DNA of 62,972 nucleotides from an uncultured Clostridia bacterium (GCA_946404035.1 CAMJCC010000001.1:1-62972), one strand, 5' to 3'. Shown: positions 38,350-50,869, numbered from the stretch's first letter. A program made the numbers and translations. Notes: generated from the letters alone by a model not told the origin.

Positions 38350-40743
38350 ATGAAACGAGTTCTGATCCTGTTGGTTGCCGCCGTAACGGTCTTCTCGGCG
38401 CTTCTTGCCCTCTCCGCGTGCGGAAAGAATAAGCTTCCCAAGACCGATTACGAGAAAGTGGCGTTCGCTTTCAACGGCGTGGAAAAGAGTTTCAAGGACG
38501 CCGGCGCCAAAGCCGCGGACGCCGGGGCCTTTGCCGTTCCGCGTCTGCTTGCCGGGGAGGGCGACCCCCTCTCGACCATCCGCGGGCTCTACACGTCGGG
38601 GGATAACCAGGGCGACGTGATCGACGAACTCGAATACACCGAGCCCCCGATGATCCAGTTCCAGTGCCTGAAAGCGGTGCTGGAGAAGATCGGCAAGAAC
38701 TTTGCGTTCGGGACCAAATACTACGACGATATTTCCGGCACGGTCTACCTTGACCCGACGACCGGGGAAAGCAAGGCGGACGACCAGAACAAGGACGATT
38801 ACAAGTACGACTACGCGTTCCGGCTGGCGCTTCGGATCGACATCGACGAAAACGACCTGATCAAAGCGGACGTGTCGTTCTCGATCCGCATGACGCGCGG
38901 AAACGACGTGATCGCGACCGAGTGGTACGTCGGGATGGAACTCGACTACGATATGACGAGCACGAAGCCGATCTATACGCTGACGATGAAGACGGCAAAC
39001 GACGAACGTCAGCTCGCGTTCCGCGGCAACTACACCTACGAATACGACTACGTCGACGTGGACGCCTCCGGGATCAAGGAGTGGCGGAAATTCGTTCTGG
39101 AGCCCGACGCCAAGTTGGTCAAAGACGCCGACCATCAGACCTTTGCGACCTACCGTGAGGCGGGCGTCAACTTCCGGGCGGACACCTGCAAGTGGTATTT
39201 CGACAAAGCGCTGAAAAAGATCACGCGGCACGACCCCGACAAGGACGCCCGGATCGCCGACGCGTTCTACCTGTTCGGGCTGAACTCGACCGACATCGAC
39301 GGGCAGCCGTTCCTCTCGGCAAACGGGGAGAAGAACAGCGCCATCACCGACGCCTACCGCAAGTTCTCCGAGATCTTCCGAAACGACGTGATCTACTCGC
39401 TCGTCACCGAGAAAGAGGACGACCACGGCGGCAACGGCGGACACGGCGAGGTGGTCGGGATCCGCGTGCTGACGCCGGAGGGTGACGCGTGGTCGACGCA
39501 GACCATCGAAAACGACTGTACCGTCTCGGATCTGCTCTCGGGTTTCGCGCCCTGGGGCGGAGCCGTGATCGGCGTTACGCGCCCTTGCATCTGGACGGTG
39601 GACGCCGCCGGCGACAAGGTCGATATGCTGCACAATTTCGGCGACTACAACTACACGATCACGTTAGGAAAAGGCTCGCCCCTGCCCGTCACGCTCGGCA
39701 CCCGGCTTTCGACGGTGCTGGCAAACGACCTCGGCGGCAGCGCGGCGCTGGAGCAGAACGGGTTCTATATCACGATCGGGATCACAGACAAGAACAACCC
39801 CGCCTATACGGCGTCGTTCGGGGCGATCGTCGGCTTTTCGCAGGAGATCGACCAGCAGACGGCAAAGCAGTTCCCCGCCGCGCTGACCGAAATGGGCGTG
39901 CCGACCTTCGATACACAGAACGGCAGTTTCCGCCCAATCGACGGGAAGCAGGGCGAGGTCGCCGTCGAGATCACGACCAACCGCGACGAGAGAAGCAAGT
40001 ACCTTGACAAACTGACAAGAAACGGCTTCGTCAAAAACGAACTGAACGAATACGTCAAGACCGTTGGGGAGAACGTCCTGTACGTCACCGTATCGGATTT
40101 CAACGGCGGATCCGAAATGACCCTCTCCGCCCGTCTGGAAAAGAACGGCGGACAGAACAGCGCCGCCTGGCCGGCGTCGACCGTCGCGGGATGGCTGGAC
40201 GGTAAGATCACGCTGCCCGAACCGACCGGCGAAGGAACGCTGCAATACAAAGCCGGCGACGCAAGCGCCAAAAACCTCTTCATCTACGGGCTGACCGAAA
40301 GCGAAAAGGTCGCCTACCTCAACGAGATCGCGGAGCCGAAAACCGTCTGGATCACGGGGGATCCCACCCTGACCACGCGGACGATCAAGTTCCTCTACGA
40401 GGGCAACTACTACGCGATCGACGTCAGCCTTGACTTTGACGGGGCGATGTACTTTGAACTGAACCTGGAAAGAAACGGCGAGCACCCCGCCCCCGTGCTT
40501 CAGGTCAACCAAGGGACCGGGGTCTGCTTCGCGCCGCTGACCAACGGCAGACCCGGGTACACGGTCACCGAGAAACTGAAAATCGGGGACACGATCCGGT
40601 TCCTCAATACCAACGGACTTCCGTTTTCGGAAACGGAAGATTTCACCAGATCCCTCGAAGATCCGGAGGGGGCGTGGGTCGTTCAGAATTCCGGCACCTA
40701 TACCTTCGTGATGGACGGGATGATCGAAGTAACGAAACAGTGA
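38350..40743 (+). CDS. 797-aa lipoprotein, no recognisable domain
   Basis: Start MKRVLILLVAAVTVFSALLALSACG (lipobox), downstream of promoter 38243..38271. GC3-biased throughout. Confidence 0.7.
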   Translation: MKRVLILLVAAVTVFSALLALSACGKNKLPKTDYEKVAFAFNGVEKSFKDAGAKAADAGAFAVPRLLAGEGDPLSTIRGLYTSGDNQGDVIDELEYTEPPMIQFQCLKAVLEKIGKNFAFGTKYYDDISGTVYLDPTTGESKADDQNKDDYKYDYAFRLALRIDIDENDLIKADVSFSIRMTRGNDVIATEWYVGMELDYDMTSTKPIYTLTMKTANDERQLAFRGNYTYEYDYVDVDASGIKEWRKFVLEPDAKLVKDADHQTFATYREAGVNFRADTCKWYFDKALKKITRHDPDKDARIADAFYLFGLNSTDIDGQPFLSANGEKNSAITDAYRKFSEIFRNDVIYSLVTEKEDDHGGNGGHGEVVGIRVLTPEGDAWSTQTIENDCTVSDLLSGFAPWGGAVIGVTRPCIWTVDAAGDKVDMLHNFGDYNYTITLGKGSPLPVTLGTRLSTVLANDLGGSAALEQNGFYITIGITDKNNPAYTASFGAIVGFSQEIDQQTAKQFPAALTEMGVPTFDTQNGSFRPIDGKQGEVAVEITTNRDERSKYLDKLTRNGFVKNELNEYVKTVGENVLYVTVSDFNGGSEMTLSARLEKNGGQNSAAWPASTVAGWLDGKITLPEPTGEGTLQYKAGDASAKNLFIYGLTESEKVAYLNEIAEPKTVWITGDPTLTTRTIKFLYEGNYYAIDVSLDFDGAMYFELNLERNGEHPAPVLQVNQGTGVCFAPLTNGRPGYTVTEKLKIGDTIRFLNTNGLPFSETEDFTRSLEDPEGAWVVQNSGTYTFVMDGMIEVTKQ

Positions 40744-40775
40744 TCCGATAAAACGGTTTTCGGGAGGGGATGCGA

Positions 40776-41435
40776 ATGGCAAACGGCAAGGAAAACGCGC
40801 CGGTCTGCCGGATCTTTGGCGGGGGCGAATTCGACCCCGCCTCTCCCTTTGCACCCGGGCCCGGCGACCTTGTGATCGCGGCGGACAGCGGGCTGAACCT
40901 CGTAAAACGCCTCGGGCTGACGCCGGACCTGATCGTCGGGGATTTCGATTCGCTCGGGAAAGTACCGACGGGGGAGAACGTCGTGACGCTCCCGGTCGAG
41001 AAAGACGTGACCGACGCCGCGGCGGCAATCTCCCTCGGACGCGAGCGCGGGTATTCCCGCTTCGCCCTTTTCGGATGTACCGGCGGGCGACCCGACCACA
41101 CCTTCGCCGCGTACCAGACCCTTTCGGAACTGGCGGCGCGGGGTGACGTCGGTCTGCTGTTCGGGGACGGTTTCACCGTCACGGCAGTAAAAAACGGCAC
41201 GCTTACCTTTCCCGCCCGGGAACACGGCACCCTCTCGGTGTTCGCCGTCGGGAGCGACGCCCGGGGCGTGACGCTCTCCGGGGTCTTCTATCCCCTCTCG
41301 GGCGCGACCCTCTCACCGACGTTCCCGCTCGGGGTGTCGAACTCGTTTATCGGGCGACCCGTTACGGTAAAAGTGACTGACGGCACGCTGCTGGTGTTTG
41401 CCGAGGGGTACCCGGTCCCCGCGTTCGGGGAGTAA
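40776..41435 (+). CDS. thiN: thiamine diphosphokinase
   Basis: LIVGDFDSL, EKDVTDAAAAI and GGRPDHTFA blocks. The second ATG is chosen for spacing from the GGGAGGGG RBS. Confidence 0.8.
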   Translation: MANGKENAPVCRIFGGGEFDPASPFAPGPGDLVIAADSGLNLVKRLGLTPDLIVGDFDSLGKVPTGENVVTLPVEKDVTDAAAAISLGRERGYSRFALFGCTGGRPDHTFAAYQTLSELAARGDVGLLFGDGFTVTAVKNGTLTFPAREHGTLSVFAVGSDARGVTLSGVFYPLSGATLSPTFPLGVSNSFIGRPVTVKVTDGTLLVFAEGYPVPAFGE

Positions 41436-41436
41436 A

Positions 41437-41482
41437 CAAAAAAAGAAGCGCCCGCATCGCGTGATGCGGGCGCTTCTTTTTC
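41437..41482. terminator. bidirectional terminator (thiN / potD)
   Basis: GAAGCGCCCGCATC-gcgt-GATGCGGGCGCTTC flanked by A7 and T5. Confidence 0.85.
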
Positions 41483-41495
41483 GGTCTATTCCCGA

Positions 41496-42644
41496 TTATT
41501 CCTCGATCCCCAGATCCATCCAGTAATCGTCCATCAGTTTCTGGGTGTCATCGTCGAGGGTGTGGTAGTACTGCATTCTCGCGGGATCCTCTTTGTAGGA
41601 CGCGGGCAGTTCGTAGAGGATCGCGTACTCGTCGGTTCCCTCGCAGTAATCGTAGTCGGGGTTGGTGCGGACGGCAAGGTTCGGGGAGGCATAGCAGATG
41701 TAGTTGGCGTTCTCGGTCGCGATGCGCGGATCGAGCATAAAGTCGATGAAGAGTTTCGCCGCGCCGACGTTCTTCGCGCTGGTCGGAATGACCATCGAGT
41801 CGACGAAGATGTTGGTCCCCTCCTTCGGATAATAGAAAGCGAGATCCTCGTTTTCCTGCATCATTTGCAGACAATCGCCGGCGTAGTACGCGGCGGCGAA
41901 CGAGTTGCCGAGTTCCATCTTGTCGTAGATCTCGTCCATCAGATACAGGCAATCCTGCTCTCTCAGCTTGTTATATGCGGACTCCCAGTCGGCGGGATCG
42001 GTCGTGTTGACGTCCAGCCCGAGGTAGCACATCGTCACGCCGAAAGCGTCGCGCGGGTTGTTCATATTGATGAGTTCCCCGGTCTTGAAATTCTTCGACC
42101 AGAGGAGCGACCAGGACTGCTCGGCGACCTCGGCTTCGCTGACCTTCTTCGTATTGTAGACGATCCCGACCATCCCGACCGAATACGGCACCGAGTACTC
42201 GTCCTTGGGATCGAAGTAGAGCCCCTTGTATTCGGGCGCGATGTTCTGATAGTTTTCAAGCTCGGAGTGGTTAAACTTCTGGATCAGACCGTCCTGGATC
42301 AGCCGGGAGATCATATAGTCGGAGGGGATCACTACGTCGTAGGATGCGCCGCTTTTCAGCTGGGCGTAGAGTTCCTCGTTGGTCGAGAAGTAGTCGTACT
42401 TGACCTTGATCCCGTAGACCTTCTCGAACGCCTTGACGACGTCGAGCGAGCCCTCGCTGCCGTCCGAGATGTATTCGCCCCAGTTGCAGACCTTGAGGGT
42501 CGTTCCCTTATACTCGGTGTCGATCTCCTCGAAATCGTACTTGTCATTGCCGCCGCAAGAGGCGAAAGAAAAGACCAGCGCGGCAATCGTCCCGAGGGTA
42601 ATCAGCACGGCGAGCAGACGGACAAAAACGTTTCTGTTTTTCAT
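41496..42644 (-). CDS. potD: spermidine/putrescine ABC transporter substrate-binding lipoprotein
   Basis: Lipobox FSFASCGG. PotD-like sequence (LKVCNWGEYI, VVIPSDYM). Confidence 0.85.
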   Translation of the reverse strand: MKNRNVFVRLLAVLITLGTIAALVFSFASCGGNDKYDFEEIDTEYKGTTLKVCNWGEYISDGSEGSLDVVKAFEKVYGIKVKYDYFSTNEELYAQLKSGASYDVVIPSDYMISRLIQDGLIQKFNHSELENYQNIAPEYKGLYFDPKDEYSVPYSVGMVGIVYNTKKVSEAEVAEQSWSLLWSKNFKTGELINMNNPRDAFGVTMCYLGLDVNTTDPADWESAYNKLREQDCLYLMDEIYDKMELGNSFAAAYYAGDCLQMMQENEDLAFYYPKEGTNIFVDSMVIPTSAKNVGAAKLFIDFMLDPRIATENANYICYASPNLAVRTNPDYDYCEGTDEYAILYELPASYKEDPARMQYYHTLDDDTQKLMDDYWMDLGIEE

Positions 42645-42649
42645 TTTTA

Positions 42650-43498
42650 TCAGTTCTCCTTCAGTTTCTTTTTCTTTTTTGCGTTCCGGGCGGCGATCTT
42701 ACGGGGATCGCGGCGCGCCTCCATCCTCGCCTGCAGGAGGTTGGAGAGGATCAGGAGCGTCAGGATCACGAGGAAAATCAGGGTCGAGAGCGCGTACATA
42801 TCGGGGGTGACCTTCTTCTTGGTCATCGAGTAGATGTAGGTCGGCAGGGTGTAGAACCCCTCGCCCTTGGTAAACTGCGTGATGATGAAGTCGTCGATTG
42901 AAAGCGTGAACGCCATCAGCAAGCCCGACAGGACGCCGGGCAGGATCGCCGGGAGTTCGACGCGGAAGAAGGTCTCGATCGGCGTACATCCGAGATCTGC
43001 CGCCGCTTCGAGCAGATGCTTGTCCATCTGTCGGATCTTGGGCATCACCGAGAGGATGACGTAGGGGAGGTTGAACGTGATGTGAGCGATGAGCACCGTC
43101 GCGAAACTGCGGCTGGCGATCCCGAGCGCCGAACCGACGAAGACGAAGAACATCAGCATCGAGACGGCGGTGACGATATCGGGGTTCATCATCGGGATAT
43201 TCGTCACGCTCTGAACCGTATTGCGCACCCAGCGCCGTTTCAGGCGCGAGAGCCCGACCGCGGCGAGCGTGCCGAGGACCGTGGCGATGACCGAGGACAG
43301 AACCGCGAGCTTCAAGGTGTTCAGCAACGCTTCCGCCGCCTTTTCATCCCGGAAGAGTTCGCGGTACCATTTGAGGGAAAAACCAGAGAAAACGGCGGTG
43401 CTCCGCGTGCTGTTGAAACTGAACAGCATCATCACGATAATCGGCGCGAAGAGGAAGAGCAGGATCAGGATAATATAGATACGGGACAGCGTTTTCAT
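42650..43498 (-). CDS. potC: spermidine/putrescine ABC transporter permease
   Basis: Six-TM BPD-type permease with an EAA loop ([21 protein letters not shown]). Confidence 0.85.
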   Translation of the reverse strand: MKTLSRIYIILILLFLFAPIIVMMLFSFNSTRSTAVFSGFSLKWYRELFRDEKAAEALLNTLKLAVLSSVIATVLGTLAAVGLSRLKRRWVRNTVQSVTNIPMMNPDIVTAVSMLMFFVFVGSALGIASRSFATVLIAHITFNLPYVILSVMPKIRQMDKHLLEAAADLGCTPIETFFRVELPAILPGVLSGLLMAFTLSIDDFIITQFTKGEGFYTLPTYIYSMTKKKVTPDMYALSTLIFLVILTLLILSNLLQARMEARRDPRKIAARNAKKKKKLKEN

Positions 43499-44370
43499 AC
43501 GACCACCCCCCCGTCGTTATCCCCGAAACGGTTGGTGATCAGCATACTGACGATAATCAGGATCATCAGGATAAAGGAGAGCGCCGAGCCGATCTCGTAG
43601 GCGGCAACGTTGTGAAGCGAAATGCGCTGTTCAATCACGTCACCGATCAGGCGGATCCTGCCGTCCGAGAGCGACTTTGAAATGAAGAATGTCGAAATCG
43701 AGGGGACGAAGACCATCGTGATCCCCGAAACGATCCCTGAAACCGAAAGAGGGAGGACGACGCGGAAAACGGTCTGGAAACCGTTGCAGCCGAGGTCCGC
43801 CGCCGCCTCTTTCAAGCGGGGGTCGATCTTGGCGATGACCGAATAGATCGGCAGGATCATATACGGCAGGTAGTTGTAGACCATACCGAGGACGATCGCA
43901 AACTCGGAGTTCAGAAACCCGATCGGTCCGATCCCGAGCCGACTGAGAAAGCCGTTCAGCGGTCCGTTCGTTTCAAGCAGGAGTTTGAGCGAATAGGTGC
44001 GGATCAGGAGGTTGATCCACATCGGGAGCATCAGAAGCAGGATCACGAGCGACTGGTTCCTCGGTTTCATTCGTGCGATGGAAAGCGCCAGCGGATAGGC
44101 GAGGAGCAGACAGATGGCGGTGGACTCGAGCGCCAGCAGGACCGAGCGTTTCAGCACGGTGAGATAGGCGGACGAAAAGACCTCTTTGATGTTCGCCATC
44201 GTGAATGCGCCGGACGGATCGGTGAACGTGTAATACACGACGAAAACGAGCGGCGCCAGGATGAAGAGCAGGCACCACAGCCCGTGCGGCGCGACCGTGA
44301 CGGCGCGGACGATCGCCGGCCGCCGGCTCGGTCTCACCCGGGGCGGAGGGGCGACTTTCTGTTCAGTCAT
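43495..44370 (-). CDS. potB: spermidine/putrescine ABC transporter permease
   Basis: BPD-type permease with an EAA loop ([21 protein letters not shown]). 4-nt overlap with potC. Confidence 0.85.
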   Translation of the reverse strand: MTEQKVAPPPRVRPSRRPAIVRAVTVAPHGLWCLLFILAPLVFVVYYTFTDPSGAFTMANIKEVFSSAYLTVLKRSVLLALESTAICLLLAYPLALSIARMKPRNQSLVILLLMLPMWINLLIRTYSLKLLLETNGPLNGFLSRLGIGPIGFLNSEFAIVLGMVYNYLPYMILPIYSVIAKIDPRLKEAAADLGCNGFQTVFRVVLPLSVSGIVSGITMVFVPSISTFFISKSLSDGRIRLIGDVIEQRISLHNVAAYEIGSALSFILMILIIVSMLITNRFGDNDGGVVV

Positions 44371-45925
44371 TTTCGTCCTTCGCCTCCGCTTTGGCGTCCT
44401 CCGCCTCTTCCCCGTCGTCCAGACGCTCGATCACGTTGCCGTGCTCGTCCAGTTCGACGTCGGGATTGGAGATCTCGTCCATCTCGTCGCTGAAACTGGA
44501 GTAGTCGCCGATGGTGCCGGAGAACTCGGACTTCTTCATGATATGGATGGCGTCGGGCTCGATGTAGATGCCGATATCGGTATCGACCGCGACGAAGTCG
44601 GTGGTCTGGATCATCCACATAAAGCCGTTGACGTCGACGATGATCTCGTAATGCACGCCCTTGAACGTGACCTTGGTGACGTGACCGCGGAGCATCCCCT
44701 TTTCAAGCGGGACGACGTCCACGTCCTCGGGGCGGATCACGACGTCGACCGGCTCGTTCTTCTCAAACCCGCTGTCCAGGCACTTGAAAACGCGCCCGTC
44801 GAAGAAGACCTTGAAGTCCTCGCGCATCACGCCGTCGACGATGTTGGACTCGCCGATGAAGTCGGCGACGAAGGCGTTTTTGGGTTCGTTGTAGACGTCG
44901 GTCGGGGATCCGATCTGCTGGATCTTGCCGTTCTGCATCACGACGATGGTATCCGACATCGAGAGCGCCTCTTCCTGGTCGTGGGTGACGTAGATAAAGG
45001 TGATCCCGGTCGCCTGCTGGATGTTCTTCAACTCGAACTGCATATCCTTGCGCAGTTTGAGGTCGAGCGCGCCGAGCGGCTCGTCGAGGAGCAGGACGCG
45101 CGGACGGTTGATGAGCGCGCGCGCGATGGCGACCCGCTGCTGCTGACCGCCCGAGAGCGAGTTGACGTTGCGGTGTCCGAAACCGCGAAGCGCGACCATA
45201 TCCAGCATCTCGTCGACGCGGGCGCGGATCTCGTCCTTCGTGAGAAACTCGTTTTTCAACGCGAAAGCGATGTTATCGAACACGTTGAGATGAGGGAACA
45301 GCGCGTACCTCTGAAAAACGGTGTTGACCTGCCTCTGGTAGGCGGGAACGTCGTTGATCCTTTTCCCGTCGAAAAGGATGTCGCCGCAGTCCGGCGTTTC
45401 AAATCCGCCGATCAGGCGGAGGGTCGTGGTCTTTCCGCAGCCGGAAGGACCCAGCAAAGTCACGAACTCTTTGTCCCGGATATACAGGTTCATATCGGAG
45501 AGGACGACCTCACCGTCAAAGGACTTCGTGACCCCCTTTAACTCAATGAGTTTGGCGTTTGACGCCGTGGTTTGCGCGGGTTTGATACGAAGATAGTTGA
45601 AATCGTTTTGCATGATCGCCATCGCGACGATCGAGAGTTCGAAGAACGCCGCGAGGATCAGATACAAAACGCCGTTGCCGACGGCGGAAAATCCGTGCTC
45701 GGCAAACTTTTCTTTAACAAGTTTACCTCTGGTATACCACCAGTACAGGGAGTAAAACGGGACGAAAATCAGGCAGAGCATTTCGTCCGCGCAACTCGTC
45801 CTGTCGTTTCGGATCGCTTTCGTGTTTTTGACGAGCAGATACTCCCAGTAGATCTGATAGATACCGAGGGTGATGATCGACAGTAAAATAGAAACGCCGA
45901 TTTTCCGTTTATTCACAGGCATCAT
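44363..45925 (-). CDS. potA: spermidine/putrescine ABC transporter ATPase fused to an N-terminal membrane domain and an acidic tail
   Basis: Walker [25 protein letters not shown], Walker B LLLDEP and a PotA-type C-terminal TOBE-like region. Preceded in frame by ~130 aa of hydrophobic sequence ([17 protein letters not shown]) and followed by ~40 acidic residues. Confidence 0.8.
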   Translation of the reverse strand: MMPVNKRKIGVSILLSIITLGIYQIYWEYLLVKNTKAIRNDRTSCADEMLCLIFVPFYSLYWWYTRGKLVKEKFAEHGFSAVGNGVLYLILAAFFELSIVAMAIMQNDFNYLRIKPAQTTASNAKLIELKGVTKSFDGEVVLSDMNLYIRDKEFVTLLGPSGCGKTTTLRLIGGFETPDCGDILFDGKRINDVPAYQRQVNTVFQRYALFPHLNVFDNIAFALKNEFLTKDEIRARVDEMLDMVALRGFGHRNVNSLSGGQQQRVAIARALINRPRVLLLDEPLGALDLKLRKDMQFELKNIQQATGITFIYVTHDQEEALSMSDTIVVMQNGKIQQIGSPTDVYNEPKNAFVADFIGESNIVDGVMREDFKVFFDGRVFKCLDSGFEKNEPVDVVIRPEDVDVVPLEKGMLRGHVTKVTFKGVHYEIIVDVNGFMWMIQTTDFVAVDTDIGIYIEPDAIHIMKKSEFSGTIGDYSSFSDEMDEISNPDVELDEHGNVIERLDDGEEAEDAKAEAKDEND

Positions 45926-46199
45926 ATTGAAACATCCTTTCGGTTTTATCGTGTCGGAATAAGAGAATACTTCAATACTACAAATTCGGACCGATCGCCG
46001 GCGCGCCCCGACGCAAAAAAACGCGTCGTTCGGGGGATCGGGCAGGGATCATACGGTCCTCTTAAAATCGGCGGTGCTGCTTCAGTTCGTTCATTTTTTT
46101 GCGTTCTCGCGCTCCCTTCTCTTTCGCCGCCCGCCGACCCCCGAAAAAAGCGGTCGGGGGACGCCCGTCTTTTCGGCGCCCCGCGGCTTATTGCAACAC

Positions 46200-46228
46200 A
46201 TTATAGCAAAAACCGAAGCAGAATGCAA
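46200..46228 (-). promoter_or_regulatory. promoter of potABCD (TTGCAT-17-TATAAT)
   Basis: Minus strand. Leaves a leader of about 265 nt before ATG 45925. Confidence 0.55.
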
Positions 46229-46354
46229 TACGTTTACAAAAAATATTTTAAATTATGATAAACCGCGATTATCCGCAAGCATCCGCGATTAACCGAAACG
46301 GCGTCTTGACAATCTCTTGAATTCTCGCTCAATCTCCCGTTTTCTCTTAAATGC

Positions 46355-46954
46355 TCAAAAAAAGTCGTCGTCCGGAAGAGGGTGCGAGAGCAGCGAAAAG
46401 AGGCAAAAAACAGAAAAATAAAATCCCGCGCCAAAGGCGTAGAGGAGCGAAAAAGACGCGGTCAGGGAGAGAAAGAGCGAAAGATAGGAGAGCCACGCGC
46501 AAAAAGTCGTTGCCCGCGCGTACCCGACGCGAAAAGACAGGAACGCGTGAACGGCGCGCCCGCCGTCGTGGTCGGATACGGGGATCAGGTTGGAGAGCCC
46601 CGTCAGAAGAAAGATCCACCCCGCCTCGGCAGCGTAGGGCTTCCCCGCCCCGCACAGAACGAGCAGTAGCCCCGGGAGCAGGTTGGCGGCGGGTCCCGCC
46701 AGGGCAACGAAACACTCGGCGCGGTAGGAGAGATACGCGGGGCAGAGGATGCGGAACCCGCCCGACGCGGGACAGATCCGCGGGACCCCCTCTCCGAGCA
46801 AACCGTACGCGGCGATATGTCCCCCCTCGTGGGAGAGGAGCGCGGCAAGGAACAGGATCGCGCGGTAGGGCGGCGTAAAGCGGAAAAGAAAAAAGAGCGA
46901 GAGCAGAACGGGGATCCACGGCAAAACCGTAGCCGCGATCCGTTTTCCCCGCAT
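46355..46954 (-). CDS. M50/site-2-protease-like membrane metallopeptidase
   Basis: Start MRGKRIA after a GGGAGGA RBS. HExxH present as SHEGGH, a second motif NLIPVSDHDGG, polytopic. Confidence 0.62.
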   Translation of the reverse strand: MRGKRIAATVLPWIPVLLSLFFLFRFTPPYRAILFLAALLSHEGGHIAAYGLLGEGVPRICPASGGFRILCPAYLSYRAECFVALAGPAANLLPGLLLVLCGAGKPYAAEAGWIFLLTGLSNLIPVSDHDGGRAVHAFLSFRVGYARATTFCAWLSYLSLFLSLTASFSLLYAFGAGFYFSVFCLFSLLSHPLPDDDFF

Positions 46955-47077
46955 AGTTCCTCCCGCTCGTTCCGCCGGCGGGGGCGGGTCCCCGACGCCG
47001 CGCCCGACTTTTCCCGCCGACGGATAGTGCATCGTATGAAAAGAGGAAAGAAATCATACCAAACGGGGTCCCGCCGA

Positions 47078-47106
47078 TTGACTTTTGACGCCGTTTGGGG
47101 TACAAT
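47078..47106 (+). promoter_or_regulatory. promoter of ligA (TTGACT-17-TACAAT)
   Basis: Plus strand, 47 nt upstream of ATG 47154. Confidence 0.55.
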
Positions 47107-47108
47107 AG

Positions 47109-49160
<2,052 letters not shown>

Positions 49161-49172
49161 AATAATCAAACG

Positions 49173-49208
49173 AAAAAGGGACCGGAGATCCGGTCCCTTT
49201 GTTTTTTT
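49173..49208. terminator. bidirectional terminator (ligA / ABC-2 permease)
   Basis: GGGACCGG-agat-CCGGTCCC flanked by A5 and TTTGTTTTTTT. Confidence 0.8.
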
Positions 49209-49213
49209 GATTA

Positions 49214-50044
49214 TCAGGCGAGGTTGAGTTTGCGGTCGATCAGGCGCGCGTTGAGGAAGAACAGCCCGACCGAGAAGCACGCGTAGAGCACCGTTTCCGC
49301 GATCCAGACGAAGAAGAAGAACGACGAACCGAGGAGTTCCTCGGCGTCGCCCGTTACGAGGATCATGGTCGGGATCGCCTCGATGAGGGTCTTGATCAGC
49401 GACCACGCCATATAGGCGGCGATGCAGAACCCGATCGCGCCGCCGATCTTCGCCTTTCCCTGAAAGACCACCGCGCCGAGCGTGACGCCGGTGTAGAAAA
49501 GGTTGATGATGAACGTCACGAGGAAGATCACGTAAAAGACCAGTTCGACGGCGACCCCCGCGTTGAAGTCACCGAGGAAGCCCAAGGACAGCCCCTTGAC
49601 GCTCGCAAGCGTCAGGTGGAACGCGTAGAAGATCGTATGTCCGGGATAGAGGATGGTCTGGGTCACGAAAAACGCGAACCCGATCGAGAAGAACGCGACG
49701 ACAAGATACCCCGTCGTCAGGATCACGGCGTAGAGGACCTTGGACAGGAGCAGCAGTTTCCGCGGAACGGGGAGCAGCAGCGTGACGTACCCGGCGTCCC
49801 CGAACATCCCGATATAGTAGCGGACGATGAGCAGAACGGGGAGCAGCGCGATCGAAAGGAACAGAGCGATCAATCCGATCACGTACATCGTTTCCAGCCC
49901 GATCTCGACGACGGAGTTATGGATCCTGTTGCCGAGGTAGCCGATCATACCGATGGCGAACGCGACCGCCGGGGTCAGGAGCAGAAGCGGGATCACGAAC
50001 CGCTTGATCGACAGAAAATCGTATTTCAAAAGTTTCTTTAACAT
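49214..50044 (-). CDS. ABC-2-type transporter permease
   Basis: Six hydrophobic segments. Overlaps the upstream ATPase gene by 7 nt. Confidence 0.62.
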   Translation of the reverse strand: MLKKLLKYDFLSIKRFVIPLLLLTPAVAFAIGMIGYLGNRIHNSVVEIGLETMYVIGLIALFLSIALLPVLLIVRYYIGMFGDAGYVTLLLPVPRKLLLLSKVLYAVILTTGYLVVAFFSIGFAFFVTQTILYPGHTIFYAFHLTLASVKGLSLGFLGDFNAGVAVELVFYVIFLVTFIINLFYTGVTLGAVVFQGKAKIGGAIGFCIAAYMAWSLIKTLIEAIPTMILVTGDAEELLGSSFFFFVWIAETVLYACFSVGLFFLNARLIDRKLNLA

Positions 50045-50742
50045 CTGAACGCCTCCCGGAACATTTCGTCAAGCGACTTTCCCTCCCGTTTTCTCGCCTC
50101 GTCGGCGCTGTCGTAGCAGACAAGACGCCCGTCGCGGATGAAGACGAACTCGTCGATCACCTCTTCGACGTCGGCGATCAGGTGCGTGGAGATCAAAACG
50201 GTCGCGTCGGGCGCGTGGCAGGAGAGGATGGTGCGGAGGATATATTCCCGCGCGGCGGGGTCGACGCCCGAGATGGGCTCGTCGAGCAGATAGAGTTTCG
50301 CCGCCCGCGACATCACGAGCGAAAGCTGGACCTTTTCGCGCATCCCTTTCGAGAGTTTGGAGAACGGCTTGTCGAGCGGGATGCCGAGGTCGGCAAGCAT
50401 CTTCTCGGCTTTGACGCGGTCAAAATCCTGAAAGAAATCGGCAAAATACGCCACCGCCTGTTCGGACGTCATCCAACCGGGAATGCTGTTCCGGTCGGGC
50501 AGATAGGCGATCATGGAGCGCGATTGGTCGCCCGGCGGGCAGCCGAGGACCGAAACGCTCCCGGCGTTCGGGGTAAGCAGTCCCGCAATGATCTTGATCA
50601 GCGTGGTCTTCCCGCTCCCGTTCGGGCCGAGGAGCGCCACGATCTTGCCCTCCGTCAAGGTGAGCGAAAAGTCGGAGAGCGACGGGAAGCTGCGGTAATA
50701 TTTCGTCAATCCGCTGACTTCAAGCAACGGTCGTTCCTGCAT
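50038..50742 (-). CDS. ABC transporter ATP-binding protein
   Basis: Walker A GPNGSGKTT, signature LSKGMREKV, Walker B LYLLDEP. AAGGAG RBS. Confidence 0.85.
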   Translation of the reverse strand: MQERPLLEVSGLTKYYRSFPSLSDFSLTLTEGKIVALLGPNGSGKTTLIKIIAGLLTPNAGSVSVLGCPPGDQSRSMIAYLPDRNSIPGWMTSEQAVAYFADFFQDFDRVKAEKMLADLGIPLDKPFSKLSKGMREKVQLSLVMSRAAKLYLLDEPISGVDPAAREYILRTILSCHAPDATVLISTHLIADVEEVIDEFVFIRDGRLVCYDSADEARKREGKSLDEMFREAFRC

Positions 50743-50783
50743 GGGTCATACTCCTTTCTTCGCGGTAAACCGCGGACGATATA

Positions 50784-50812
50784 ATGATACCTTTTTTTCG
50801 CCCGTCTGTCAA
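50784..50812 (-). promoter_or_regulatory. promoter of the ABC-2 exporter pair (TTGACA-17-TATCAT)
   Basis: Minus strand, 41 nt upstream of ATG 50742. Confidence 0.5.
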
Positions 50813-50840
50813 GTCGAAACCGCTTTTTTCGGAAAAACGC

Positions 50841-50869
50841 TTGCAATCGAACGCGAATAAGAGTATAAT
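50841..50869 (+). promoter_or_regulatory. promoter of the upp operon (TTGCAA-17-TATAAT)
   Basis: Plus strand, 47 nt upstream of ATG 50917. Confidence 0.55.
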
